Shown here: positions 18,122-27,774 of the stretch, in pieces
How positions within the stretch are numbered: the first letter of the stretch is position 1
Layout of the letters: each line of letters starts with the position of its first letter
Source: Gammaproteobacteria bacterium
GTDB taxonomy: Bacteria > Pseudomonadota > Gammaproteobacteria > Ga0077554 > Ga007554
Reading direction: 5' to 3'
DNA length: 64,000 nucleotides
Assembly: GCA_021731145.1 (NCBI GenBank)
Contig: JAKFXX010000007.1
Coordinates: forward strand, 72,108 to 136,107
Notes under the pieces: generated by a model
Told to the model about the DNA's origin: nothing
Seen by the model: the letters and a program-made list of their open reading frames with translations, nothing else
The model's database searches: none
Position numbers and translations under genes: made by a program

Positions 18122-19660
18122 ATGGCAATTAAGAAATTAGGTGTTACCGTCTTATCTCTCGCATTGTTCAATCCATCCGCGTGGGCTGGAGAAAAAGAAG
18201 ATCTTGAAAAACTGCGCGGAACTACCAAAGGACTGATTCAAATTCTGGTGGAGCAGGGCGCGATTACCAAGGAAAAGGCCGGGGAGTTAATACGCGAGAT
18301 CGAGAAATCTCCCACGGAAACGGAAACACCGGAAGAAGAAGTAGATAAGAAAACCGTGCGCGTGCCTTACGTGTCTGAAACGGTCAAGCAGGAAATGACG
18401 GAGCAGATCCGGATGGATGTGCTGGCACAAGCCAAGCGGGAACAGTGGGGCAAGCCCGGCGCAATCCCTGAGTGGGCACAGAAAATAAGGTGGGAAGGCG
18501 ATTTTCGCTTGCGTTCACAGAGCGATATGTTTCAGAGCGACAACTTTAACCTCCTGCCAAACTATCTGGAGATTAACCGGGTTGGCGGTCCGGCGAATAC
18601 GGATAATCCCTTTCTGAATACTACTAATGACCGGGAGCGTTTACGGTTGCGGGCAAGGCTGAGCATGCTCGCCGAAGTCACGCAAGGGGTCACGGCGGCA
18701 TTCCGTCTGGCCACCGGTAGTGCCAATGATCCTGTTTCGACCAACCAGACATTGGGCAATATGGGCAATCGTTTTAATTTTATGCTTGATCAAGCCTACA
18801 TCAAGCTGGAGCCTTATCAATGGTTGACGCTGGTGGGTGGCAAGATACCCAATCCCTGGTTTGGCACCGACCTGGTGTGGGACGAGGATCTTAACTTCGA
18901 TGGCGCCGCCGTGCAATTCAAACCGCGCATCGGCAACGAACTGGTATGGTTCTCAACGCTGGGTGCTTTTCCGTTGCAGGAAATCGAGCTGTCGAAAAAG
19001 GACAAATGGCTATACGGTGCGCAGACCGGTGTCGATTGGAATCGAAGCCAGTTCAGGGCGAGATTTGGCGTGGCTTATTATGACTACCAGAATATCACCG
19101 GGCAAAGAAAAGCGCCCAATGATCCTTCTCAGGATTTTACCGCGCCGCAGTTTATGCAGAAAGGTAATACCTTGTTTGATATTTCACAAACTCAAAACAG
19201 TGGCAGGTACGCGCTTGCATCTGAATACAAAGAATTGAACATAACCGCCAACCTCGATATATACACATTTTCCCCGGTACACATCACGCTGACAGGCGAT
19301 TATGTCAAGAATATTGGGTTTAAAAAAGAAGACATAGTGCAGCGTACCGGGAGAGATGTCGACCAGCAGAATCAGGCATATTTGGGCAGGGTTGCTGTCG
19401 GCATGCCGAGGATCAAGCATCGCCACGACTGGCAGGTGTTCGGTGGTTATAAACACCTGGAAAGCGACGCCGTATTGGATGCCTTCACAGATTCCGATTT
19501 CCATCTGGGGGGCACCAATGCCAAAGGCTGGATCGCGGGCGGTAGCTATGGTGTTGCCACCGATACCTGGCTGACACTGCGCTGGTTGAGCGCGGATCAG
19601 ATAGTTGGGCCGCCGCTTGCCATCGACGTTATGCAACTTGATTTGAACGTGAGATTTTGA
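18122..19660 (+). CDS. Putative outer-membrane beta-barrel protein (porin-like; not a TonB-dependent receptor)
   Basis: It has a signal peptide (AWA/GE), an N-terminal charged helical segment, then alternating amphipathic beta-strands. The C-terminus is ...LNVRF, with an aromatic terminal residue. Confidence 0.55.
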   Translation: MAIKKLGVTVLSLALFNPSAWAGEKEDLEKLRGTTKGLIQILVEQGAITKEKAGELIREIEKSPTETETPEEEVDKKTVRVPYVSETVKQEMTEQIRMDVLAQAKREQWGKPGAIPEWAQKIRWEGDFRLRSQSDMFQSDNFNLLPNYLEINRVGGPANTDNPFLNTTNDRERLRLRARLSMLAEVTQGVTAAFRLATGSANDPVSTNQTLGNMGNRFNFMLDQAYIKLEPYQWLTLVGGKIPNPWFGTDLVWDEDLNFDGAAVQFKPRIGNELVWFSTLGAFPLQEIELSKKDKWLYGAQTGVDWNRSQFRARFGVAYYDYQNITGQRKAPNDPSQDFTAPQFMQKGNTLFDISQTQNSGRYALASEYKELNITANLDIYTFSPVHITLTGDYVKNIGFKKEDIVQRTGRDVDQQNQAYLGRVAVGMPRIKHRHDWQVFGGYKHLESDAVLDAFTDSDFHLGGTNAKGWIAGGSYGVATDTWLTLRWLSADQIVGPPLAIDVMQLDLNVRF

Positions 19661-19717
19661 CCTGTGTATTTTTTAGAGTCACGGAACACGGCCGGGACCA
19701 GACAGGAGGTGAATGTC

Positions 19718-20416
19718 ATGATCCGTCATAAAGGATGGCTTCTGCTTGTAATGTTCACTCTAGGGTTGGCCGGAAATGCCGCTGCGGATTCCGGTGACAA
19801 AAAAGAACGCGAGGCGCTAAGAAAAATGCGCCTCATGATACAGACGTTTGAACAGGAAAAATCGGCGCTGCAGCAGGAAAACAATAGCCTGAACGAGAAA
19901 GTGAAGGCACTGGGTAGCCAGGTCGGTGACATCAAAAGCGCTTCCACAGGCCAGATCAGGAAAAAAGATGCTCGTTTGGGCGAGGTTGAAAAGGAACTGG
20001 TTGCTGTCAAACAGGAAAATCAGTTTCTGGTAGCCAAGCTGCAAAGTACCCAGCAGAGTCTGGAAGAATTGACGCTGAAGCACAAGGAGGTTGTTCAGGC
20101 CGCGCAAAACAGTCTTCAGGACGGCGTCAAGCAAGGCGAGGAGTATAACAATAAGATAAAAGAGGCTGAAGTCAAAATTTCTCAGCAGTCTCAAGCTATT
20201 GACATGTGCGAGAAGAAGAATCTGGCGCTTTACAATCTCAATATGGAGATTCTGGAGAAATACAAGAGTAAGGGTGTTTGGGGATCATTTATTCAGGCTG
20301 AGCCCTTTACGCAAATAAAGCGCGTTGAAATTGAGAATACACTGCAAGAATATAAGGACAAGCTTGACAGCCAAAAAATGGAAAAATCTGGACCCGGCAC
20401 CGGCAAGGGAGGATAG
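19718..20416 (+). CDS. Secreted coiled-coil protein of unknown function
   Basis: An RBS (aggagg) lies upstream of ATG 19718. The signal peptide is followed by heptad-rich, Gln/Glu/Lys-rich sequence. Confidence 0.5.
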   Translation: MIRHKGWLLLVMFTLGLAGNAAADSGDKKEREALRKMRLMIQTFEQEKSALQQENNSLNEKVKALGSQVGDIKSASTGQIRKKDARLGEVEKELVAVKQENQFLVAKLQSTQQSLEELTLKHKEVVQAAQNSLQDGVKQGEEYNNKIKEAEVKISQQSQAIDMCEKKNLALYNLNMEILEKYKSKGVWGSFIQAEPFTQIKRVEIENTLQEYKDKLDSQKMEKSGPGTGKGG

Positions 20417-20472
20417 GAAACGCTGGGGGTAAGTGGCATAATCCCTTGCCGCTACTCTAATAAAATGCATCC

Positions 20473-21162
20473 ATGAGTCCAATTTCACGCCCTGCCTTTA
20501 GCCGTATTTTCCCCTTTGCGATTTATATTGCCTTTTTGGCCATTGCCTCCGGCATGTCCACCTTGCAGGATATGGGCTATATCAAAGACTGGGATTTGCG
20601 CTGGCTCTATCCTGTCAAGGTGGGTTTGGTGTTGCTGGCGCTGCTAGGGTTATGGCGCCATTATTCTGAACTTTCCAGGCCAGCCAATGTAAAGGCGGGG
20701 GACTGGATCGTTGCCGGGATCACGGGTGTTGTGGTTTTTGTGATCTGGATTAACCTGGACCAGGCGTGGGCGACAATGGGCAGCGAGTCACGCGGCTTCA
20801 GTCCGGTATCAGAAGGGGGCGAAATTGACTGGATACTGGTGGCATTCCGTCTGATAGGCGCGGCTATGATAGTGCCTGTCATGGAGGAGTTGTTCTGGCG
20901 TTCGTTTGTGATGCGCTGGATAGATAACCCGGATTTTCTTCGCATCAATCCAGCTCAAATCAGCATTAAGTCGTTTGTTATAGCTTCGGTACTTTTTGGT
21001 ATCGAACACAATCTGTGGCTGGCGGGCATCATTGCCGGGATTGCCTATGGTTGGCTATACAAGCGCAGTGCCAATCTTTGGGTTCCTGTATTTTCACATG
21101 CCGTCACCAACGGCCTGCTTGGCATCTGGGTGATCTATTCCGGAAATTGGCAGTTCTGGTGA
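20473..21162 (+). CDS. CPBP-family intramembrane metalloprotease (CAAX protease-related; PEP-CTERM/exosortase-associated type)
   Basis: It has multiple transmembrane helices and the CPBP motifs EELFWRSF (EExxxR) and FGIEH. It resembles the CAAX protease subfamily that co-occurs with PEP-CTERM systems. Confidence 0.8.
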   Translation: MSPISRPAFSRIFPFAIYIAFLAIASGMSTLQDMGYIKDWDLRWLYPVKVGLVLLALLGLWRHYSELSRPANVKAGDWIVAGITGVVVFVIWINLDQAWATMGSESRGFSPVSEGGEIDWILVAFRLIGAAMIVPVMEELFWRSFVMRWIDNPDFLRINPAQISIKSFVIASVLFGIEHNLWLAGIIAGIAYGWLYKRSANLWVPVFSHAVTNGLLGIWVIYSGNWQFW

Positions 21163-21359
21163 AACATCCTTAGCAGTCCTTCCTCTCGGGAAAGCCGCGC
21201 CTTTTTACCCCCTCCTCCTTTGGCTGATAGCCCATAAATTATTCGGCCGCTGTACGTAATCAGATTGTCATATTGACGGACTATTATTGCCCCCAGGTTA
21301 CATAGCTTTTAACGCCAGCGCATCCTTAATAACCGGCACTGCATTCTACGGAGATTAAC

Positions 21360-22133
21360 TTGAGAAAAATATTGTGTCTCATGGCGTGCGCCATTCTTGC
21401 TGCGTGCTCGGTAAATCCGCCAGCACATACCGGCAATGAAGAAATTCTCAATAAACTTGGGGAAATGAGCAAGCAGATCACTACGCTGAGTGATGATGTC
21501 AGCGTGATCAAGAAAGCGTTGGCCGTTGCGATGGGCGGCGCACCTGAGCAGCCGAAACCACCCGTTATTACTACGATTGATCTCGATGACGCCTCCCCTG
21601 TGAGGGGTGATGAAAATGCCACGGTGGCAATTGTTGAGTTTTCAGATTACCAGTGCCCATTTTGCGGCCGCTTTCATGCGCAGGTTCTACCCAGCCTGAA
21701 GAAAGCATATATAGATGCCGGGAAAGTCCGGCATATTTTTCGTGATTTTCCGCTTGATTTTCACCCTCAAGCAAAGGATGCGAGCATTGCTGCGAACTGT
21801 GTTGGTGAGCAGAAGGCCTATTGGGAGATGCACGACAGTTTGTTTGCAAATCAAAATCGCCTTGGCGCCGCTTTATATGAAGAGCTTGCTAAAAAGATGA
21901 ATCTTGATATGGCCTCTTTTCAAGCATGCCTGAAGAATGCGAAGCAGGCGGAAAAAATTGAGAAAGACCTGTCTTATGGGCAAAGCCTTGGGATAGACGG
22001 AACCCCCAGCTTTTTCATTGGACGCATTGAAGGCAAGAAGCTTGTGGATGTTAAGCAGATAGTAGGCGCACAGCCCCCGGCAGTGTTTGCCCAGGCAATT
22101 GAGGCTGCCTTGGGGGGCGCGCCTAAAAATTGA
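21360..22133 (+). CDS. DsbA-family thiol:disulfide oxidoreductase lipoprotein
   Basis: It has a lipobox (LAAC), a CPFC active site and a thioredoxin fold. A TTG start is assumed, with GGAGA 8 bp upstream. Confidence 0.8.
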   Translation: MRKILCLMACAILAACSVNPPAHTGNEEILNKLGEMSKQITTLSDDVSVIKKALAVAMGGAPEQPKPPVITTIDLDDASPVRGDENATVAIVEFSDYQCPFCGRFHAQVLPSLKKAYIDAGKVRHIFRDFPLDFHPQAKDASIAANCVGEQKAYWEMHDSLFANQNRLGAALYEELAKKMNLDMASFQACLKNAKQAEKIEKDLSYGQSLGIDGTPSFFIGRIEGKKLVDVKQIVGAQPPAVFAQAIEAALGGAPKN

Positions 22134-22185
22134 TGGCTGTTTTACTTACGAGATGAGTCCTCAGAGTAAGTGATATTTGATTTGT

Positions 22186-23382
22186 ATGCCCATTTACCAT
22201 TATAGCGCCTTGACAGAACGCGGCGTTTTGGCCGCAGGCGAGGGGGTTGCCACCTCGAGCGAAGCTTTACGCCAGGAATTGGTGGCGAAGGGTCTGCTGG
22301 TACAAGACATCCGTCAAAAAAACTCTGGATTGGGCTTGCGCCTAAAGCGCATCAAAGCGGAGGAATTTCTGCTGTTTAACCAGGAGTTTGTGGCACTCAT
22401 ACGCGCGGGTTTGACAATACCCGACGCCTTGAAAATAGCGGCGGATCGTCCTGATAGCCCGATGTTGGCCAGCCTCCTGCGGCACGTGAATGAAGAGGTG
22501 CATGGTGGTGCGTTACTTTCCGAAGCCTGCTCCAGGCACCCCGAGGTATTCGATGGTCTTTACGTCTCTGCGATAAAAACCGGCGAAAAGACCGGCGTGC
22601 TGGCGACGGTTCTGGAGAAATATCAAGCCTACCTCAAACGCCGGGTTGGTTTGCAGAAAACCATTTCACATGCGCTGACCTATCCGGTGTTTTTGTTGCT
22701 GGTGTTAGGCACGGTGCTGGGTGTGCTGTTTTTGTTTGTCATGCCGCGTTTTGTTGCGATGTATACCGATTTTGGCGCTGAACTGCCGCTACCCACACAA
22801 ATTCTCGTTACCTTGGTAAATAATTTGCCTTTTTATTTACCCGTGGTGTTATTGCTGGGCACGCTCGGATGGTTCGCCATCCAAGCCTGGGTAAAGACCG
22901 ATGCAGGGCGTCTGCGGGCAGATCATTTGAAGGGACGGCTGCCGATACTGGGGAAGGTCTATCAGGATATTGCCATCGTGCAACTGGTGCGGACGCTTGC
23001 CACCCTGCTCTCCGGTGGTACGCCCTTGGTCGAGGCCATGCGCATCACGCAGGATTCACTTACCAATCGCGCCAAGGCGCGTGCGTTGGCTCAGGCCGAA
23101 AACCTGGTGATGGGGGGGCAAAGCCTGGCGTCTGCCATGCGCAATACGCAACTCATGCCGGGAACGGCAATAAAGATGATTGAGGTGGGCGAGGCGTCGG
23201 GTGGGCTTGATGCCATGCTGGAGGAAATCGCCCAGTTCTATGAGGAAGTACTGACTAATAAACTTGCACGCATGACAGCATTGATTGAGCCTTTATTGAT
23301 GCTGATCATGGGCGTCATGATAGGCGGCACGATCATCGTGATGTATTTGCCGATCTTTCAGATTGCGGACATCGTCAAATGA
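22186..23382 (+). CDS. Type II secretion / type IV pilus inner-membrane platform protein (GspF/PilC/MshG family)
   Basis: It has two GspF-type repeats and three transmembrane segments. Its stop overlaps the ATPase start (ATGA). Confidence 0.85.
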   Translation: MPIYHYSALTERGVLAAGEGVATSSEALRQELVAKGLLVQDIRQKNSGLGLRLKRIKAEEFLLFNQEFVALIRAGLTIPDALKIAADRPDSPMLASLLRHVNEEVHGGALLSEACSRHPEVFDGLYVSAIKTGEKTGVLATVLEKYQAYLKRRVGLQKTISHALTYPVFLLLVLGTVLGVLFLFVMPRFVAMYTDFGAELPLPTQILVTLVNNLPFYLPVVLLLGTLGWFAIQAWVKTDAGRLRADHLKGRLPILGKVYQDIAIVQLVRTLATLLSGGTPLVEAMRITQDSLTNRAKARALAQAENLVMGGQSLASAMRNTQLMPGTAIKMIEVGEASGGLDAMLEEIAQFYEEVLTNKLARMTALIEPLLMLIMGVMIGGTIIVMYLPIFQIADIVK

Positions 23383-25097
23383 GCCATCCCTTCAGTTACC
23401 GGAGGTTAGGAGAAATCCTGCTGGGCAAGCAGTATGTCAGCCATCATCAGATAGATGCCGTCCTGACAGGCAAAAAGGGCCGGCTGGGCGAGGTGTTGCT
23501 TGATGAAGGCCGCATTACGCCAGCGCAGTTGGCCGAGGCTCTGGCAGAACAGTGCGGCTTACCCTATGTTGACCTGGAGGGATTTGTTATTTCGCCAGAG
23601 TTGTACAGCTTGATATCTGCAACGCACGCCTATCAGTATGGGGTTGTTCCCTACCAGAGAGACGGAGAAGTGTTGATCGTTGTTGTTTCTCCCCCCTGCG
23701 ATATTACTTTGGCCGACCGCCTGGAATGTTTGAGCGGTTTACAGGTGCGCCTATTTGCCAGCAGTCCACAAGCGATTGCAGCGGTGTTGAAGCGCAGCGA
23801 AGGGAATTCCGAGGTACTGAAAGGCGTCTCCGAGGATTTCAAGCTTGCCATCGTCAAGGAGAATGACGATGGCAAGGAGCAATACGTGTCATTGGATGCG
23901 GCCAATGAAGATGCCGCAAGCCCGGTTATAAAGCTCATTAACAGCATGCTGTCGGCGGCCATTCAAAAGCGTGTCAGTGACGTACATATAGAGACCTACG
24001 AAAAAGGCATCTCGGTCAATTACCGTATCGATGGTGTTTTATACCCCGCGACCGATACGCTCGACCGGCGCCATCAGAGCGCGTTGGTGTCGCGCCTCAA
24101 GGTGATGGCGGAGTTGGATATCGCCGAAAAAAGGGTACCCCAGGATGGACGATTCAAGTTGCGCTTTGGTTCGCGTGACATAGATTTCAGGGTATCCATC
24201 CTGCCCAGTGTGTTCGGTGAAGATGTGGTTATCCGGATTCTGGACAAATCATCCATCACCGATGGGATGAAGAATCTACGTCTGGAAAGCTTGGGAATGG
24301 CACCTGAAATCCTGAAAAAATTTCGCAAGAGTATCCATGAACCCTATGGCATGGTGCTGATTACCGGCCCCACGGGCAGTGGAAAAACGACCACGCTGTA
24401 TGCGGCGCTCAGCGAATTGAATACCGGTGATGAAAAGATCATTACCATCGAAGATCCGGTCGAATATCAATTGCACGGCATCGTGCAAATCGCGGTAAAC
24501 GAGAAAAAAAATCTTACCTTTGCCAAGGGGCTGCGTTCCATACTGCGGCATGATCCTGACAAGATCATGGTAGGTGAAATACGCGATGGAGAAACAGCGC
24601 AGATTGCCGTTCAATCGGCGCTGACGGGGCATCTGGTGTTCACAACGGTGCATGCTAATAGTGCTTTCGATGTGCTCGGGCGCTTCAGCCATATGGGAGT
24701 GGATACGTATAACTTTGTTTCGGCGCTCAATTGCGTCATGGCACAACGCCTGGTTCGAATCATTTGCCCGAAATGCAAGCGTCAAACCGCGGTTGATGAT
24801 GACATTCTGGAGCTGTCCGGGCTCGATCCTGCACAATATCAAGATCAAGCATGGTACGAAGGCGCCGGCTGTGATTACTGCCACGGCACGGGTTATCGCG
24901 GCCGTGCCGCCGTTACCGAGTTTCTCGCTTTGTCGCCATCCATCCGCCAGATGATCATAGAACGGCGTCCGATCAATGAGATGCAGGCGGCGGCGGTGCA
25001 GAATGGGATGGTCACATTACGTCAATCCGCACTGGCGCTGGTGCTTTCAGGCCAGGCGACGCTGAAAGAGATTAATCGTGTCACTTTCGTTGAATAA
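23379..25097 (+). CDS. GspE/MshE-family secretion ATPase with an N-terminal MshEN (c-di-GMP-binding) domain
   Basis: It has tandem RLGxxLL motifs (RLGEILLGKQYVSHHQIDAVL; RLGEVLLDEGRITPAQLAEALAEQ), Walker A GPTGSGKTT and a tetracysteine motif (CPKC...CDYC). Confidence 0.9.
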   Translation: MSHPFSYRRLGEILLGKQYVSHHQIDAVLTGKKGRLGEVLLDEGRITPAQLAEALAEQCGLPYVDLEGFVISPELYSLISATHAYQYGVVPYQRDGEVLIVVVSPPCDITLADRLECLSGLQVRLFASSPQAIAAVLKRSEGNSEVLKGVSEDFKLAIVKENDDGKEQYVSLDAANEDAASPVIKLINSMLSAAIQKRVSDVHIETYEKGISVNYRIDGVLYPATDTLDRRHQSALVSRLKVMAELDIAEKRVPQDGRFKLRFGSRDIDFRVSILPSVFGEDVVIRILDKSSITDGMKNLRLESLGMAPEILKKFRKSIHEPYGMVLITGPTGSGKTTTLYAALSELNTGDEKIITIEDPVEYQLHGIVQIAVNEKKNLTFAKGLRSILRHDPDKIMVGEIRDGETAQIAVQSALTGHLVFTTVHANSAFDVLGRFSHMGVDTYNFVSALNCVMAQRLVRIICPKCKRQTAVDDDILELSGLDPAQYQDQAWYEGAGCDYCHGTGYRGRAAVTEFLALSPSIRQMIIERRPINEMQAAAVQNGMVTLRQSALALVLSGQATLKEINRVTFVE

Positions 25098-26034
25098 TCT
25101 GTTTGACAGTATTGCACCGCGCTCTAAAGCCGTTTTTGGAATCGGCATCGGCAGGGATCGTCTTTCTGCCGCGCATGTTGTTACTACAAAACAGGCGAGA
25201 CATATCGAACGGATCAGGCAGATAAATCTGCCTTTCACACTATTCAGTGGCACCCCTACGCCCGAGATAGGTCATGGGCTTTCATCCTTGTTGGGCGAGT
25301 TATGCGGTGAAGTCAAAAGGTCGCATATTCCCATTCAGATCGCATTGCCTGACCCGGTGGTGAGCTTGCGTGTCTTCGAGTTGGGTGCCATTCCTAAAAC
25401 CAGAAAAGAGCAACTGGCGCTTGTCCACTGGCGGTTCAACAAGGAGTTGAATTTGGGGGGGCGCGCCATTGAATGCAGTTGCCAGCCTTTGGGCGTGGAT
25501 AACGACAAACATCTCTTGTTGGCGATGGCTATCGATCAGGCTTGGTTGGATTGCCTGAAGGAGGCGTGCCGGGACGCGGGTGTGATCAGTACGGTCATCG
25601 ACATGGCGGCGTGTTATCGCTCTAACCGTTTTTACGAACGCTTCTCTTGCGATGGCGCCGATGTAGTTGTTATTTCATTGGATGACGACGCCTGGACAGT
25701 GTCCATTTCGGACGCGCAAGGCCGTTTACGCTTTGTCCGCTCGCGTTGGCGTGAAACCATGCCGGAGCGGGAGAGGGAATATCAGGAAATAGCCGCCGAG
25801 TCAGAAAAGATGGTGCGCCTCTATGCGCATGCCGCCCCTGGCCGGAGCATAAAAAACATACACGCAATAGGTGATGCCAAGGATGTCTCTGGGGTCGCGG
25901 ATTTATTGGATCAACGCATGGCGGGGAAATGTATCAGGGTGGCCGGAGGAGTCGAGTTTATATCTAAGCAAGGCGTGTCCGGAAATACTGTAGACAGTAT
26001 GGTGTCAACCCTGTCGGCAACGGTGTTGCGATGA
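25078..26034 (+). CDS. PilM/MshI-like actin-fold assembly protein (putative)
   Basis: Its N-terminus (AVFGIGIGRDRLSAAHV) resembles the PilM/GspL ATPase-fold start. Its position follows the ATPase. The start is uncertain: GTG 25078 or TTG 25090. Confidence 0.5.
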   Translation: MSLSLNNLFDSIAPRSKAVFGIGIGRDRLSAAHVVTTKQARHIERIRQINLPFTLFSGTPTPEIGHGLSSLLGELCGEVKRSHIPIQIALPDPVVSLRVFELGAIPKTRKEQLALVHWRFNKELNLGGRAIECSCQPLGVDNDKHLLLAMAIDQAWLDCLKEACRDAGVISTVIDMAACYRSNRFYERFSCDGADVVVISLDDDAWTVSISDAQGRLRFVRSRWRETMPEREREYQEIAAESEKMVRLYAHAAPGRSIKNIHAIGDAKDVSGVADLLDQRMAGKCIRVAGGVEFISKQGVSGNTVDSMVSTLSATVLR

Positions 26035-26573
26035 AAATCATAACGAATTTTTCGACGTCATCCGCTGGCATGGCGCCGCGGATCATGATGATATTGTGGG
26101 CAACGGCGTTGCTGGCCGCGCTGTTAGCCGCTGGGATGGCTATGCAAACATCCCAATTGAAACAGACGAAGCTGGACTTGGAGCGTCAATTGTCAAAACT
26201 CCAAAACAGGCACGTCGCTGGGATCCCGAAAGTATTTCCCCGTCATGAAGAGCTTGTCACGTTAAAGAAGCGCATAGACGCTGTTTCATCCATATCAAAT
26301 AGTGGGGAAGGGTCACTATCCGCGTTCCTGAGAAAAATAGAGCTGCTATTGCCTGACGAAGCCTATCTTGTGACACTTCACTACAAGGGAGATACCAGGG
26401 AGGCTCAGATTACGGCTGAGGCAGGCAGCGCAAAAATACTTACCGGTTTTTTGCGTGATCTTGAAAAAGAGAAAAGCTTCCTTGAAGTTTTGCTGACAAA
26501 ACAGTCGCAGCGCACATTGAACGATAAGCAGATTGTTCAGTTCGATCTGCGTATAAAGGAGCGTCTTTCATGA
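26031..26573 (+). CDS. PilN/GspL(periplasmic)-like bitopic assembly protein (putative)
   Basis: It has a single transmembrane helix followed by a coiled coil (LKQTKLDLERQLSKLQ). It is translationally coupled (ATGA) to both neighbours. Confidence 0.45.
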   Translation: MKIITNFSTSSAGMAPRIMMILWATALLAALLAAGMAMQTSQLKQTKLDLERQLSKLQNRHVAGIPKVFPRHEELVTLKKRIDAVSSISNSGEGSLSAFLRKIELLLPDEAYLVTLHYKGDTREAQITAEAGSAKILTGFLRDLEKEKSFLEVLLTKQSQRTLNDKQIVQFDLRIKERLS

Positions 26574-27139
26574 AGGCGACGCATCCTTTTGCGGAAAACA
26601 TATGGTATTCGCTACGCCATCCCCTGATCAAGGCGGGGATGGCGGCTAGCGGGGCCGCCATAACCCTGGCCATTGTAGTCTGTTTTGGATATTGGATGCC
26701 CGTGCGTAACGATATCAACAGCCTCTCTGAATCGGTTAATCTCGAACGTAAGCGGATTGTTGATGATACGCGTTCCGTGCAAATTTATAACGCATATTTG
26801 AGCGCTATAAAACAGCTTTCGGCCATTGATAAAAAAATTAACAGCCCTGCCGGTCATGCAGATCTTGTGAATAATATTGATAGTATCGCAATACAAAGAA
26901 AAGTAACGATTATTTCTGAATCCTACGATGAGGGTAAAGAAAGGAATGGTTACACGTCGCTGTATATGGAGTTGGCATTACAGGGAGACTATCAGGGGCT
27001 GAATGAATTTCTTGTTGATATTCGTGGCCTGCCAACCTGGACTGTTGTTGGGGAAGGGTCGATAAGCCGCTTGGCAGGACAGCAGGATTTGGTTAAGGCG
27101 CAATTGCGTTTAATAACTTATCACAAGACGGGAATATGA
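26570..27139 (+). CDS. PilO/GspM-like bitopic assembly protein (putative)
   Basis: It has a single transmembrane helix, a coiled coil and a C-terminal alpha/beta domain. Its position in the pilMNOP-like run supports the call. Confidence 0.45.
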   Translation: MKATHPFAENIWYSLRHPLIKAGMAASGAAITLAIVVCFGYWMPVRNDINSLSESVNLERKRIVDDTRSVQIYNAYLSAIKQLSAIDKKINSPAGHADLVNNIDSIAIQRKVTIISESYDEGKERNGYTSLYMELALQGDYQGLNEFLVDIRGLPTWTVVGEGSISRLAGQQDLVKAQLRLITYHKTGI

Positions 27140-27768
27140 AAAGTTACAAGGAAGTAGCCATCAGACATCGCAATGCAATATTGCTGGTGATGGCTTTTGT
27201 CTTGATGGCCGCCAACGTATTGAATTGGGGCGCATGGGGTCAGGTCAATTCTCGGGAAGCGCCTGGAAGGGGATCAACGGCAGGGGGGTTCCAGGTTTCT
27301 GATTTTCAGATAAAAAATATGAATGTGCCTGAGGAGAAAGATAGCGCGATTGGCCGTGACTTGTTCTATCCTGTTTTTGAAGAATATTCAGAACCTGTTA
27401 AAGAAATAACATCCATTGCGGAGGATAATGAAAATATTAAACAAATAACTGATGCCGAGATACCTCCTCCCCTTCCGCAAAAAACTCCTGAACAACTTGA
27501 AGAGGAGATCGCACGGTCCGATGCCGCTAATTTTAAATATATTGGTACGATTTGGCGTGGAGGACAAGGCCAGGCGCTTTTGGTGAACACGGACAAGCGT
27601 TATTTCGTCTTTTCTGGAGACAAGGCAGGCAGCCGATTCGTTGTTGAAATGATAACGAACGACGCGGTCTCTCTAAGAGACCCTGTCACAAACGTGACGG
27701 CTCAAGTACTAATATCGGGAGGACCCGCATTAAAAGCGGCTCAAGAGACAAGTGACATTGAAAGATAG
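27136..27768 (+). CDS. PilP-like periplasmic protein (putative)
   Basis: It has an N-terminal transmembrane helix or signal anchor, a Pro/Glu-rich linker and a C-terminal beta domain. It sits immediately upstream of the secretin. Confidence 0.4.
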   Translation: MKSYKEVAIRHRNAILLVMAFVLMAANVLNWGAWGQVNSREAPGRGSTAGGFQVSDFQIKNMNVPEEKDSAIGRDLFYPVFEEYSEPVKEITSIAEDNENIKQITDAEIPPPLPQKTPEQLEEEIARSDAANFKYIGTIWRGGQGQALLVNTDKRYFVFSGDKAGSRFVVEMITNDAVSLRDPVTNVTAQVLISGGPALKAAQETSDIER

Positions 27769-27774
27769 CGTAAA

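Noticed and set aside
20433-20452. TGGCATaatccCTTGC resembling a sigma-54 -24/-12 promoter upstream of the CAAX protease gene
   Set aside because: The spacing between GG and GC is 11 bp rather than the required 10, so it does not fit the consensus.
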